Below are positions 1 through 9,025 of a stretch of DNA of 64,000 bases, piece after piece; position 1 is the stretch's first letter; every line of letters begins with the position of its first letter. Where the stretch lies: the IMG/VR virus record IMGVR_UViG_3300021492_000027; one strand, 5' to 3'. The position numbers were made by a program, and so were the translations under genes. The notes beneath the pieces were generated by a model. The model saw only the letters and a list, made by a program, of their open reading frames with translations. It made no database searches and was not told where the DNA came from. Source of the DNA: a virus.

Positions 1-310
1 AAAAAGAAAAGAAGAAAGTAGAGGAAGAAGGAGCAAGAGGAATAATAATAAGAGATGAATTTGCTTATGACTATTTCATGGTCTCAGTAGAAGTAGAAGC
101 GGAAGTAATGCCAGAATACGAATATAAAATAGGGAGCAGATCATCATAAAGCACATAGAGCCTAAAAACCATTCCTCATTTTTTTCTCACATCTATGTAA
201 AAATACATAGAACCATTTTTATTTATTTATTTTTTTTAACAAAAATGATGAGTATTTATATATAATGAATTTTAATTTTTTAAACAGAAGCACTTAGGAG
301 GTGAGAAAAA

Positions 311-676
311 TTGAGGAAGTTAGAAAGGCTGAAGAAAGCTCTCTTTACATTCAATAAAGACGAACGTGGTACAGCGACGGTATGGGCTCTGGTGTCTGCA
401 TCAGTTGCAGTTGCGGCATTGGTGATTATATTTGCGATCGTTCCGATGATAGGCTATCAGGTGGATTCGGCTGTTCCAATACCTGCGGGTTCGCAGTGGA
501 ACGCAACGGAGAACACTCAGATAGTCAGTGGTGTAGGTCTGTGGGGTGCAATCGGTCCGCTCATCAAGTTAGTGGCAATAGTGTCATTCCTCGGTCTGGT
601 GATAGCGTCCATTATAATGCTTGCGGGTAGTACAAGTGAGGAAGCCACAGGTGGTAAGGGCGGTGGAGGCGTATAA
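311..676 (+). CDS. Major capsid protein, spindle-shaped-virus type (two hydrophobic helices, basic leader ending DERG)
   Basis: Two long hydrophobic helices (WALVSASVAVAALVIIFAIVP; LWGAIGPLIKLVAIVSFLGLVIASII) joined by a loop with an NAT sequon. GGAGGTG RBS before the TTG start, TATA-like TTTATATA about 55 nt upstream, strong 3' hairpin. Confidence 0.75.
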   Translation: MRKLERLKKALFTFNKDERGTATVWALVSASVAVAALVIIFAIVPMIGYQVDSAVPIPAGSQWNATENTQIVSGVGLWGAIGPLIKLVAIVSFLGLVIASIIMLAGSTSEEATGGKGGGGV

Positions 677-690
677 ACGCCTATAATCAC

Positions 691-763
691 AAATGTGTTA
701 TGCTTCTGTGTTATAATATTTTCTGAGGCATAACACATTTTTTATATTTTTCTTCTTTTTTAT
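691..763 (+). terminator. Hairpin plus T-tract after the capsid gene
   Basis: AAATGTGTTATGCTTC (691-706) pairs with GAGGCATAACACATTT (725-740), followed by T-rich runs. Confidence 0.65.
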
Positions 764-777
764 AAAATAGAGAGAAA

Positions 778-1275
778 ATGGCAGAAGAAGGAGAGGGTAT
801 AGATATAGAAGCGCCGTTTTTAAATGAGACATTCAATTTCTTTACGAGGCTGGGCTACCCCATAGAGGTAAAAAACGCCATAATCGAGGCAATAAACTCT
901 TCACGATTTTCATTAGCATACAAAAAATGCCTGAAAAACACAGTAAATGTAATCTTCGATAAAGTAGTTCAGTACAGTCACCAGAAGGACATACTTATGC
1001 CAGCATTAAAAATACGCGTAATGTTACTAAAATGTCGTATAGCAGCGAACTCACGTGATATACGTCGTGTAGCTGGTGTAACCTGTATAGAAGATAGTAT
1101 CATTCTTGCTGCGGAAATGATACTTACACGGACAATAGGCGAAGACCGAGAACGGAAGTTACAGCGCTATCCGGGCTATGTAGAGCAGCGTGCGGTAAAT
1201 ACAGAAATCCCACCAATGGAGTTGCCAGAATTAGGTGAGAAACGTGAAAAAAGGAGGTTTTGGATATTTAGGTAA
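778..1275 (+). CDS. Hypothetical protein
   Basis: 165-aa ORF in the virion operon, AAAATG start. Confidence 0.7.
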   Translation: MAEEGEGIDIEAPFLNETFNFFTRLGYPIEVKNAIIEAINSSRFSLAYKKCLKNTVNVIFDKVVQYSHQKDILMPALKIRVMLLKCRIAANSRDIRRVAGVTCIEDSIILAAEMILTRTIGEDRERKLQRYPGYVEQRAVNTEIPPMELPELGEKREKRRFWIFR

Positions 1276-1283
1276 AAACTATC

Positions 1284-1658
1284 ATGAAAGCGTATAATAT
1301 TGCTTTAGCGTTATTTATTTTTAACGCAGTGATTTCGGGCATAAACGGCATGGGCATTTTCGATACCCATGTAGTGGAGATGGCACAGCCAGTGAATGAG
1401 ACGCGGATAGCTGAGGTTGTAAGTGATACCGAAACGATGCACACATACGATATGTTTGTTTTTACATCAAAGATATTAGTTAGAATGTTCTCAACTTTTT
1501 TTACTGCGCTGGTGGGTGCAATAACAGTCATTCCAATGCTCATGCAGTATGGTGTGCCTGCACATGTGATAGCAATGATACAGGGTCCGATATGGCTCGT
1601 ATATTCATGGGGTGCGGTTCAGTTCCTTACAGGTAGGAGCGGCAAAAATATAGAATAA
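1284..1658 (+). CDS. Small membrane protein (virion module)
   Basis: N-terminal hydrophobic helix plus 2-3 C-terminal TM segments. Confidence 0.7.
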   Translation: MKAYNIALALFIFNAVISGINGMGIFDTHVVEMAQPVNETRIAEVVSDTETMHTYDMFVFTSKILVRMFSTFFTALVGAITVIPMLMQYGVPAHVIAMIQGPIWLVYSWGAVQFLTGRSGKNIE

Positions 1659-1684
1659 CCAAATCCTTTATATATGATGATGAT

Positions 1685-1698
1685 AAAAGTTTATATAT
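1685..1698 (+). promoter_or_regulatory. Archaeal BRE-TATA promoter
   Basis: AAAAGTTTATATAT upstream of the 1752 ORF; the motif recurs at 2800, 10674, 48908 and about 58820. Confidence 0.6.
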
Positions 1699-1751
1699 AG
1701 AGATGAACAATATAAAAAATGTGATATGTGTAAACAATAAGGAGTAAGCCA

Positions 1752-2792
1752 ATGTCAAAAATTAAAACAACATTAGTATTAGCTTTGTTTGCAATTGCGT
1801 GCATGTTTTTTTCGTTCTCGGCAGTAATGGCAGCGGAATCACAGGATTCACTAAATGCGCAATTCACTTTGGAGCAGCAGCAACCTTCTGCTCCGTCAAT
1901 TTCAGGCTTAACGAATTCCACACCTGACTACGATTCAGTTACAATCACATGGACGACGAACCAGAGCAACTCAAATAACCGTGTAAAATACAGCAAAAAT
2001 TCGGATTTATCTGGTGCGGTCTGGAGCTCATGGGCAAATGGCACAAGCAATGTTGCAATAGAACTAACGGCCTTGGAACAGGGCACAACCTATTATTATC
2101 AAGCGTGGTCATATAATGCTTTGGATAGTAGCTATAACACATCAGAACCATCATCAGCGCCTTATAGGAGTTTCACTACACAGAGTATCCCACATGGGTT
2201 GGCTTTAGCAAATGCGATAAACGCAAACGATACAGTAGGTGTTCATGCATCATATTCAAACGATGTAGTGACAATAACAGCCGATAGTCCCGGAGAAGAT
2301 GGTAATAACATAACAACAAGCGAAACAATAGCAAATGCGTCATTTGCGTCTTCATCACTCACAGGTGGCGGTACGGCAACCAGTGTATGGGCGCAATATC
2401 AAGATTACGGGTTAGATTTATGGAGCTCAATAGGTGGCTTGATACTATTGGTTGCGATTGTTATTGTGCTGGGACTGGTGCTAACCGGAGTAATAAGCTT
2501 CGGTACTGGTAATGTGGAATCGCCCGTGTCTAATACTTTCATGCTCGTGAGTGTAACTGTAGCAATTGCAGCGCTAATAATCATAGCCGCAGTAGTGCCA
2601 CGTATGGGCTATTTAGTGCAGGAGTCAATACCAATGACAAAAGACACTTATGCATCGAATACTTTGACCTTTACGGGACCCGCAGTAGATGGTGAGACAG
2701 TGACAATCTCAGATGGTGTGCGGACAGATGTCTATGAGTTCGATACTGACAATAGCATAACAGCAGGACATATAAGAGTGGCAATATCATGA
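1752..2792 (+). CDS. Circularly permuted capsid-protein paralog with signal peptide, FN3 domain and split beta-domain
   Basis: Order: signal peptide, FN3 (TITWTTN...YYYQAWS), C-half of a beta domain, MCP helix-2 homolog, MCP helix-1 homolog, N-half of the beta domain. Confidence 0.7.
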   Translation: MSKIKTTLVLALFAIACMFFSFSAVMAAESQDSLNAQFTLEQQQPSAPSISGLTNSTPDYDSVTITWTTNQSNSNNRVKYSKNSDLSGAVWSSWANGTSNVAIELTALEQGTTYYYQAWSYNALDSSYNTSEPSSAPYRSFTTQSIPHGLALANAINANDTVGVHASYSNDVVTITADSPGEDGNNITTSETIANASFASSSLTGGGTATSVWAQYQDYGLDLWSSIGGLILLVAIVIVLGLVLTGVISFGTGNVESPVSNTFMLVSVTVAIAALIIIAAVVPRMGYLVQESIPMTKDTYASNTLTFTGPAVDGETVTISDGVRTDVYEFDTDNSITAGHIRVAIS

Positions 2793-2799
2793 CAGGCAT

Positions 2800-2815
2800 A
2801 AAAGTTTTATATATA
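2800..2815 (+). promoter_or_regulatory. Archaeal BRE-TATA promoter
   Basis: AAAAGTTTTATATATA upstream of the 2854 ORF. Confidence 0.6.
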
Positions 2816-2853
2816 ACAAATGCTAAAATTATTGTAGTGAGGTAAAGTAAGCT

Positions 2854-5592
2854 GTGAGTAGTGAAATGAGCAAGAGGATAGTGGTTGGTGGCTTGACTGG
2901 TATAGCATTGGTATTGTTAGTATTTGGGGCGATGCAACCTGTTAGTGCTGCATGGACGAAGATAGCGCCAATACATGTCAACAATACAGGAGGTAATGCA
3001 CAGGCATATTATCCAGTCAGGCTTCTTGTGCCTTATGACAGCGATATGAACAGTAATTTTTCAGATTTAAGAGTAGTAGTGAATGAGACTTATAATTTCA
3101 TACCGTATTGGATAGAAAATAAATCCGATGGCGAATGGTGTGCGTTGTGGTTCAATGCTACATATATACCAGCGAATAGTTGGTGTAATGATACTTACTA
3201 CCTTCTTTATGGTAATGCTTCAGCGAGTGATGCGAGTGATGGCTCCGCAGTTTTTGAGTTTTTTGATGATATGAGTGGTGTGCTTCAGGATATTGATTAT
3301 ATCTCAGATGGTAGCGATAGAGCTACCGCCTACGAGATGTCTAATAAAATAGTGCGATACGGAAATAAAACGCACATTGGGTATTTAAAATACGAAGGAG
3401 GGAGCCACAAAGCTTATGTGAGAACCTATCACCATGATACTGGTGAGTGGGACGATGAGGTTTTTTTGGGCAGTGTATATGATAATCACGGCGGACCCGC
3501 TCTTGCTGTTGATTCAAACGGCTATCTTTATGTTTTTTATGATGGTCACCATACAACCTTGAAATGGCGAAAAAGTACTAATCCTAATGACGCATCTTCT
3601 TGGACTGATGCGGAGGCTGTACCGAATCAAGCCATCGACCCGACTTATCCTTCAGTTGTAGTGGACTCTTCTAATAATATACATTTAATATATAGAGGCG
3701 ATCAGACTACTGATTGTAAACTTTATTATCAAAAATATAATGGTTCATCGTGGAGTGCTGCTACAACATTAGCAGAAGATAGTTCATCTCTCACACCTGA
3801 ATATTCCTGTTCAATAGCCATTGATAGCAATGACGTACTCCATGTTGGTGTGCATTTTTTTGATAATTCAGCGAATAAAGGCAAAAAAGCAGGGTACATG
3901 AAGTCAGATGATGGAGGTAGCACTTGGAAAAAGTCAGATGGAACAACTTATACTTTGCCTATCACCTATTCGACTTTAGAAACTGTGGAAACCGGTGATG
4001 ATTTGAGATTAGGTAATATAGCAGTTGATTCTGATGGGCATCCTTTTTTCGTTGTACATCGTCTTCACAATTCACCAAAGGATGGTCAATTCTGGCGTTA
4101 CAATGGTACTTCATGGGTTGGTACAACTTTGTCTATTTCGGGTAAGGATTTATATCCTTCTTCGACCACTTTTTTGAATGGTATAATTTATGTTTTCCTG
4201 CATGTGGGGAGTTCATGGAATGCCAATGATTGCGAAGTTTATATGTTTTATAGTTCTGATAACGGTTCAACTTTCACATCTAAACAGATTTCTACTACGG
4301 ATTCTTCAAATGCGAACTGGCTCTCAAATGCAGAACAGAAAAATGGTGCAAATACATTGTCGGAAATGCGAGTGATGTGGACACATGGTAGTTCTATTCC
4401 TACTGAGATATACTTTGCGAAAATAAATGAAGATTATGATGCGGAATTGTATTCGTTTGGTTTGGATTATGTTTCAAGGTACACGTGGGATACAACATAT
4501 TGGAGTGATTATACTGATGATTATATTAGTGCTCCAAAATCAAAACATGGACAGACAACTGACTCAGAGAATGAACCAGCAGAGGTAACTGGTGTGAATC
4601 TCTCCGAGAAGAAGAACATGCCTACATCTGGTGTGATTGAGGTTAATCTAAAAGATTTAGGTGGTTCTAATGAATGGATTTCTATTGATAGTTCAAACGG
4701 TAAAATAATTTGTGCTGGTAATCATTATACGGATCGAGGTTTTTATCGTGGCGACTGGGCGAATTGGGCAGGTTATGACGATATTTGTGTTCTTTTTGAT
4801 GGAAATTGGCATAAGTTCATTGTTAGATACACACCAACTTCGACACAAATTCAAGTAGATGATAGAGATCCGGTAGATTTGCCAACAACAACAGAAGTTG
4901 GATATCCAACTATGTTTGGTTTGACCGATACTTCAACGAGTGTCGCTAATAATTATATCGTGGATAATTTATTTGTTCGCAAATACACCGACCCAGAGCC
5001 AACAGCACAACTCGGTACAGAGCAAAATATAAGCTTTGAAGGATGTACTGCTCCTACTATTACAAATCTTACAAACTCCACACCAACCACAAATAGTGTA
5101 ACCATCACATGGACAACTAACCAAAGTGCAGATAATCGTGTGAAATATTCAAAAAATAGCGATTTATCCGATCCGTTATGGAGCTCATGGGCTAATGATA
5201 CTACTTCAATAAGCATAACTCTAACAGGTCTCGAAGCAAACACAACATATTACTATCAAGCATGGTCATACAATGGCACAAATAGTAGTTGCTTTACAGT
5301 AGAGCCATCTTCACAGCCATATAGGAGTTTCACAACACAAAGCAGTGGCGGGCAATACACAATCACTTTAGCCAAAGGTTACAACATGATAGGTTGGACG
5401 AGTACAACCCCAAAAACATCATCAGAACTATGTAATATAGTGCCAAATTGCAGCTATGTATACAAAAAGAACCCAGACAGCTCATGGACAATGAAGCAGT
5501 GTGGCTATCCTGGCGGTGACTTTAGTGTCTCACGCGGATTTGGCTTCTTAGCGTATATAACTCAAGAGTGTGACTGGACAAGAGATGAGTAA
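2854..5592 (+). CDS. Adhesin/fibre protein: DUF2341, BNR-repeat beta-propeller, FN3, Cys-containing C-terminal module
   Basis: Signal peptide; DUF2341-like FSDLRV...IPYWIE...YYLLYGN; BNR motifs (HGGPALAVDSNGYL, YMKSDDGGSTW, YSSDNGSTF); FN3; C-terminal YTITLAKGYNMIGW...WTRDE. Confidence 0.75.
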   Translation: MSSEMSKRIVVGGLTGIALVLLVFGAMQPVSAAWTKIAPIHVNNTGGNAQAYYPVRLLVPYDSDMNSNFSDLRVVVNETYNFIPYWIENKSDGEWCALWFNATYIPANSWCNDTYYLLYGNASASDASDGSAVFEFFDDMSGVLQDIDYISDGSDRATAYEMSNKIVRYGNKTHIGYLKYEGGSHKAYVRTYHHDTGEWDDEVFLGSVYDNHGGPALAVDSNGYLYVFYDGHHTTLKWRKSTNPNDASSWTDAEAVPNQAIDPTYPSVVVDSSNNIHLIYRGDQTTDCKLYYQKYNGSSWSAATTLAEDSSSLTPEYSCSIAIDSNDVLHVGVHFFDNSANKGKKAGYMKSDDGGSTWKKSDGTTYTLPITYSTLETVETGDDLRLGNIAVDSDGHPFFVVHRLHNSPKDGQFWRYNGTSWVGTTLSISGKDLYPSSTTFLNGIIYVFLHVGSSWNANDCEVYMFYSSDNGSTFTSKQISTTDSSNANWLSNAEQKNGANTLSEMRVMWTHGSSIPTEIYFAKINEDYDAELYSFGLDYVSRYTWDTTYWSDYTDDYISAPKSKHGQTTDSENEPAEVTGVNLSEKKNMPTSGVIEVNLKDLGGSNEWISIDSSNGKIICAGNHYTDRGFYRGDWANWAGYDDICVLFDGNWHKFIVRYTPTSTQIQVDDRDPVDLPTTTEVGYPTMFGLTDTSTSVANNYIVDNLFVRKYTDPEPTAQLGTEQNISFEGCTAPTITNLTNSTPTTNSVTITWTTNQSADNRVKYSKNSDLSDPLWSSWANDTTSISITLTGLEANTTYYYQAWSYNGTNSSCFTVEPSSQPYRSFTTQSSGGQYTITLAKGYNMIGWTSTTPKTSSELCNIVPNCSYVYKKNPDSSWTMKQCGYPGGDFSVSRGFGFLAYITQECDWTRDE

Positions 5593-5648
5593 AAGTATAA
5601 AAATAAAGAAAATATATATTATATCAAGGAGGTACTAAAAAAAGAAAA

Positions 5649-6437
5649 ATGAGAAATGAAAAATATGTTGCAGGATTGGTAATATTGGCAGTAGTGCTTA
5701 GTGTAGGATTAGTATCAGCCGATTATGGCTTAACGGGTTTTGTACTTTTTGAGAATGGTACGCAGTGTGCAGGTGCTAATGTCTCAATGACAAATCAGCG
5801 TACGGGAGATGTGCTATACAACAATACAGGTTGGGGCGGTGCAGGCTTTGAGGGCTGGTATCTCGAAGATGCAGGTAATTTTGAAAATGGATACCAAAAC
5901 GGCGATGTAATATTATATCATGCAGTGTTTGATGGTTACGAAGGTAATGCGTCAGAGGCAATAAATACATCAAATGGCGGTCAGATGGTGAACATAACCA
6001 TATACGAATCAGGTGGCGGCACAGCAGCAGTAACAGTGAGTGATGGTTCAATAAGTTTCGGTAACCTTCAGTTAAATGCAGTAGAGAACACCGAAGACAT
6101 AGGCGATACGCAGACAATAAGCACAGCAGGTGCAAGTGGCGCACAGTTAATAGAGATAAAACTCAATAGTAGTAGTGTAACGGGTATAAACAATGGTAGA
6201 GTGCTGACATTTGTCACAGGCAGTCCGGGCAATAACGAGCTCAAATGCGAATTCAAAGGTGGCGATGTGGGTTCGTACACAGCACTAACTACCACATATC
6301 AAACTTTTGATGACTCAATGCCTGCGGACTCAACTGCGAACCTTGATATCCAGCTAACAATGCCGAGCTCAGTGAGCAACGATGATTACTATGACGACTA
6401 TCAATTCGAGATAGTTGTAAAAGCAACACTTTTATAA
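5649..6437 (+). CDS. Secreted two-domain beta-sandwich protein
   Basis: Signal peptide, carboxypeptidase-regulatory-like N-domain, Ig/WxL-like C-domain (VTVSDGSISFGNL). Confidence 0.6.
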   Translation: MRNEKYVAGLVILAVVLSVGLVSADYGLTGFVLFENGTQCAGANVSMTNQRTGDVLYNNTGWGGAGFEGWYLEDAGNFENGYQNGDVILYHAVFDGYEGNASEAINTSNGGQMVNITIYESGGGTAAVTVSDGSISFGNLQLNAVENTEDIGDTQTISTAGASGAQLIEIKLNSSSVTGINNGRVLTFVTGSPGNNELKCEFKGGDVGSYTALTTTYQTFDDSMPADSTANLDIQLTMPSSVSNDDYYDDYQFEIVVKATLL

Positions 6438-6470
6438 TTCCTTTTTTCTTCTTTCCAATTTTTAGAGAAA

Positions 6471-6998
6471 ATGAAAAAAGTATTTTTTTGTCTTTTAGTA
6501 ATAGCTACTATGTCAATGATAGCAGTATTGGCAACAGCTCTACCGCACAACCATACATTAATATCTATTTTTAAGCTTGTGGATTCTAACAGTACATATT
6601 TCGATACAAAGCATGGTGAGTATCCAAGCATCGCAGGCGTTTTTAATGGCACAATCAAGCCACAACACGAAATACAGATAAGCGGGATATACACATATCC
6701 GTGTATTGGCACATGTGGTCATTCCGAGTACATTAGAATCTGGAACGAAACAGGTATTGTAGCAGAAGCAAACTGGAGCGGGTATCAAGGCAACTGGCAC
6801 AATATCACTTTTAGTAAGCCAGTTACATTATTAGCGAACAAGACCTATAACTGTACAATACGCGCGGGCTCATATCCACAGATTCGGCATACAAAAGCTT
6901 TGAGAACAACAGATGGGTGGTTAAATTGTAGTTCGTATATAGATATAAATGGAAATATATATCATGATTGGATACCATGTATAAAGCTATGGAACTAA
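6471..6998 (+). CDS. Secreted protein consisting of an ANME-1-type surface C-terminal domain
   Basis: YPSIAGVFNGTI...YTYPC.GT.GH.EY.RIWN...GSYPQI.H...WIP.I.LW matches a motif I recall from Methanophagales surface proteins; not verified by search. Confidence 0.55.
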   Translation: MKKVFFCLLVIATMSMIAVLATALPHNHTLISIFKLVDSNSTYFDTKHGEYPSIAGVFNGTIKPQHEIQISGIYTYPCIGTCGHSEYIRIWNETGIVAEANWSGYQGNWHNITFSKPVTLLANKTYNCTIRAGSYPQIRHTKALRTTDGWLNCSSYIDINGNIYHDWIPCIKLWN

Positions 6999-7579
6999 AT
7001 AAATTTTTAGTACCGGTTTTAGTGATAGCTATTTTTGTTTCAGTTATGCCGTTATGTAGTGCATTCACAGTCACGGGCAAACAGATAACGAGTATCCATC
7101 CGGGTAAGAACACAAAAACGATAACAGTGAAAAACACAGGTGATAGCACATTGGTTGTCAAGCTCATACCGACAGCCGACCAGTACTATACACCGGAAAA
7201 TATCTCTTTCAAGTTAAATGAGAATTGGCAAAAGAGATTTAATAACAGTAAGAGCTGGCGGCGTGTGTACTGGATAACAACGAAATATGGTGAAGCGATA
7301 ATAGCGCCACATACAAGTGAGGATATCAAGTTCACAATAGATGTGCCTGAGAATATAACAGCAGGCACATTCTATGCGAAGGTGGAGATAAAAGACATAA
7401 CGGAGAAGCAGGGGCTAATTGTTATCCGTCCGATATATGTGTCGCAGATAGCAGCGCAAATAAACTCTTCAGGTATGCAAAGCGGTATTCCAACCAAGCT
7501 ATCATATATTTTCTTTTTTATGATTGTGCTCTTATTATTATTGAAGCAAAAAATAAAGAAGATGCTGTATGAGCAATAG
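6989..7579 (+). CDS. Secreted Ig-like protein with C-terminal membrane anchor
   Basis: Signal peptide, TITVKNTGD Ig-like motif, C-terminal TM plus basic tail. Start moved to ATG 6989. Confidence 0.6.
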   Translation: MELNKFLVPVLVIAIFVSVMPLCSAFTVTGKQITSIHPGKNTKTITVKNTGDSTLVVKLIPTADQYYTPENISFKLNENWQKRFNNSKSWRRVYWITTKYGEAIIAPHTSEDIKFTIDVPENITAGTFYAKVEIKDITEKQGLIVIRPIYVSQIAAQINSSGMQSGIPTKLSYIFFFMIVLLLLLKQKIKKMLYEQ

Positions 7580-8594
7580 CAAAAGAAAGCTGATTCTTCT
7601 CATAGCAGTGATAGCTACACTATCGCTATTTGCGGTAAGTGCATTAGCGAGCAATGCGGATATTGTATCAGTAGGGTTTACACTTGTCAAAAGTGCAAGT
7701 TCTGCTGTTAGTGATAGCGTATCAATAGGTTTTAGTTTGGTCAAAAGCGCTTTAAGTTCAGTATCGAGTACTTTGTCGGTAGGCTTTACGCTTGTTAAAA
7801 GCATAGTGTCATCGGCAACAAGCATTATATCGGTAGGATTTACGCTTATCAAACAAGCAATAAGCATAGTATTTGCAACAATAAATACAACCTTTCATTT
7901 AAGTCCAGCGCCAACACCGACGCCAACGCCACCACCATCGAAATTCTATGTGCAAATCACATCGAATAATTGTCCGGTATATATCAATCAGACAGCGTAT
8001 TTCAGTGCAACAGCAGGTGGTTCAGACCTTGTCTATCCACTAACTTTCTATTGGGACTTTGGTGACGGCACAACAGAAGTATATCCAATGCCTATTTTTG
8101 TGAATACTTCCAATGTCACACATGTATTTCCGTCGTATTGGCGTTCATGGGATGTAAAGGTGACAGTATTAGACCAAGTTTTTCATGAAGCGGAAGCTAC
8201 TGTTACATGTTGTGTAGTACGGACAAAAACAGACGAGCATGTTGATACAATAGACGATTCAGCCTATTATGCTTTATTGAATGCGCTTGTGGGTCAGACC
8301 TTTGAGGGACCGATAAACGAAAGCGCCGAACCCAACTTCATCGAATTTGGTAAAAGCGTTACAATCCCATATACAAATATTCTTGGTAGCTTATTCTTTG
8401 TTATCTTCTTTGGTGCGTTCTTCATAATGATGTGGCTACGGCAGGGCAATATCGCTATCCCGTCAACGATAGGAATAATAGTAGGTGGTGTTTTATTGAA
8501 GTACGCACCTGCGGAGTTCAGATTACCCGCGATACTGTTCATTTCATTCAATATATTTGGCATAATCTATACGCTACTCAAAGAGCGCAGTTAA
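7569..8594 (+). CDS. Membrane-anchored PKD-domain protein with four 18-aa N-terminal repeats
   Basis: Signal peptide, 4x S(V/I)GF(T/S)L(V/I)K repeats, PT linker, PKD motif YWDFGDG, three C-terminal TMs. Confidence 0.7.
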   Translation: MSNSKRKLILLIAVIATLSLFAVSALASNADIVSVGFTLVKSASSAVSDSVSIGFSLVKSALSSVSSTLSVGFTLVKSIVSSATSIISVGFTLIKQAISIVFATINTTFHLSPAPTPTPTPPPSKFYVQITSNNCPVYINQTAYFSATAGGSDLVYPLTFYWDFGDGTTEVYPMPIFVNTSNVTHVFPSYWRSWDVKVTVLDQVFHEAEATVTCCVVRTKTDEHVDTIDDSAYYALLNALVGQTFEGPINESAEPNFIEFGKSVTIPYTNILGSLFFVIFFGAFFIMMWLRQGNIAIPSTIGIIVGGVLLKYAPAEFRLPAILFISFNIFGIIYTLLKERS

Positions 8595-8643
8595 AAAATT
8601 TAAATATTCAGCGATTATATTTTTATATAGGTGATGATAAGAG

Positions 8644-9012
8644 ATGGTAAAAATATCAGAAGACTCAATAAACATAGTAGAGAAGTCGGAACGCATCAAG
8701 CATGACATTGAAGACTGCTATCGTGCAGCGATAAAGTTTCTTGAGCTCTATACTAACAGTTCGTTGCGCCGTGCAGGCAATCAGAAGCTATTTTATATAG
8801 GTTTTGTTTCAAAGTTCCAGTCTTTGTATTATTTCACACGTGTGGATAGCAACATGAAGCACGAGAAGACAGAAGATGGCAAGTTCCTATTAAAAGAAGT
8901 AGATGAGTGGCTAAACAACGGTGTAACAAAAGACCCTAAAAAAGGCATCAAGTTATTTACAGAGTATTCACAAGCGTTATTCGATAAAGGCATATTGAGT
9001 TTCAAAAGGTAG
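8644..9012 (+). CDS. Hypothetical protein
   Basis: 122-aa ORF with GGTGAT RBS. Confidence 0.65.
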   Translation: MVKISEDSINIVEKSERIKHDIEDCYRAAIKFLELYTNSSLRRAGNQKLFYIGFVSKFQSLYYFTRVDSNMKHEKTEDGKFLLKEVDEWLNNGVTKDPKKGIKLFTEYSQALFDKGILSFKR

Positions 9013-9025
9013 GTGATAGAAAAAA

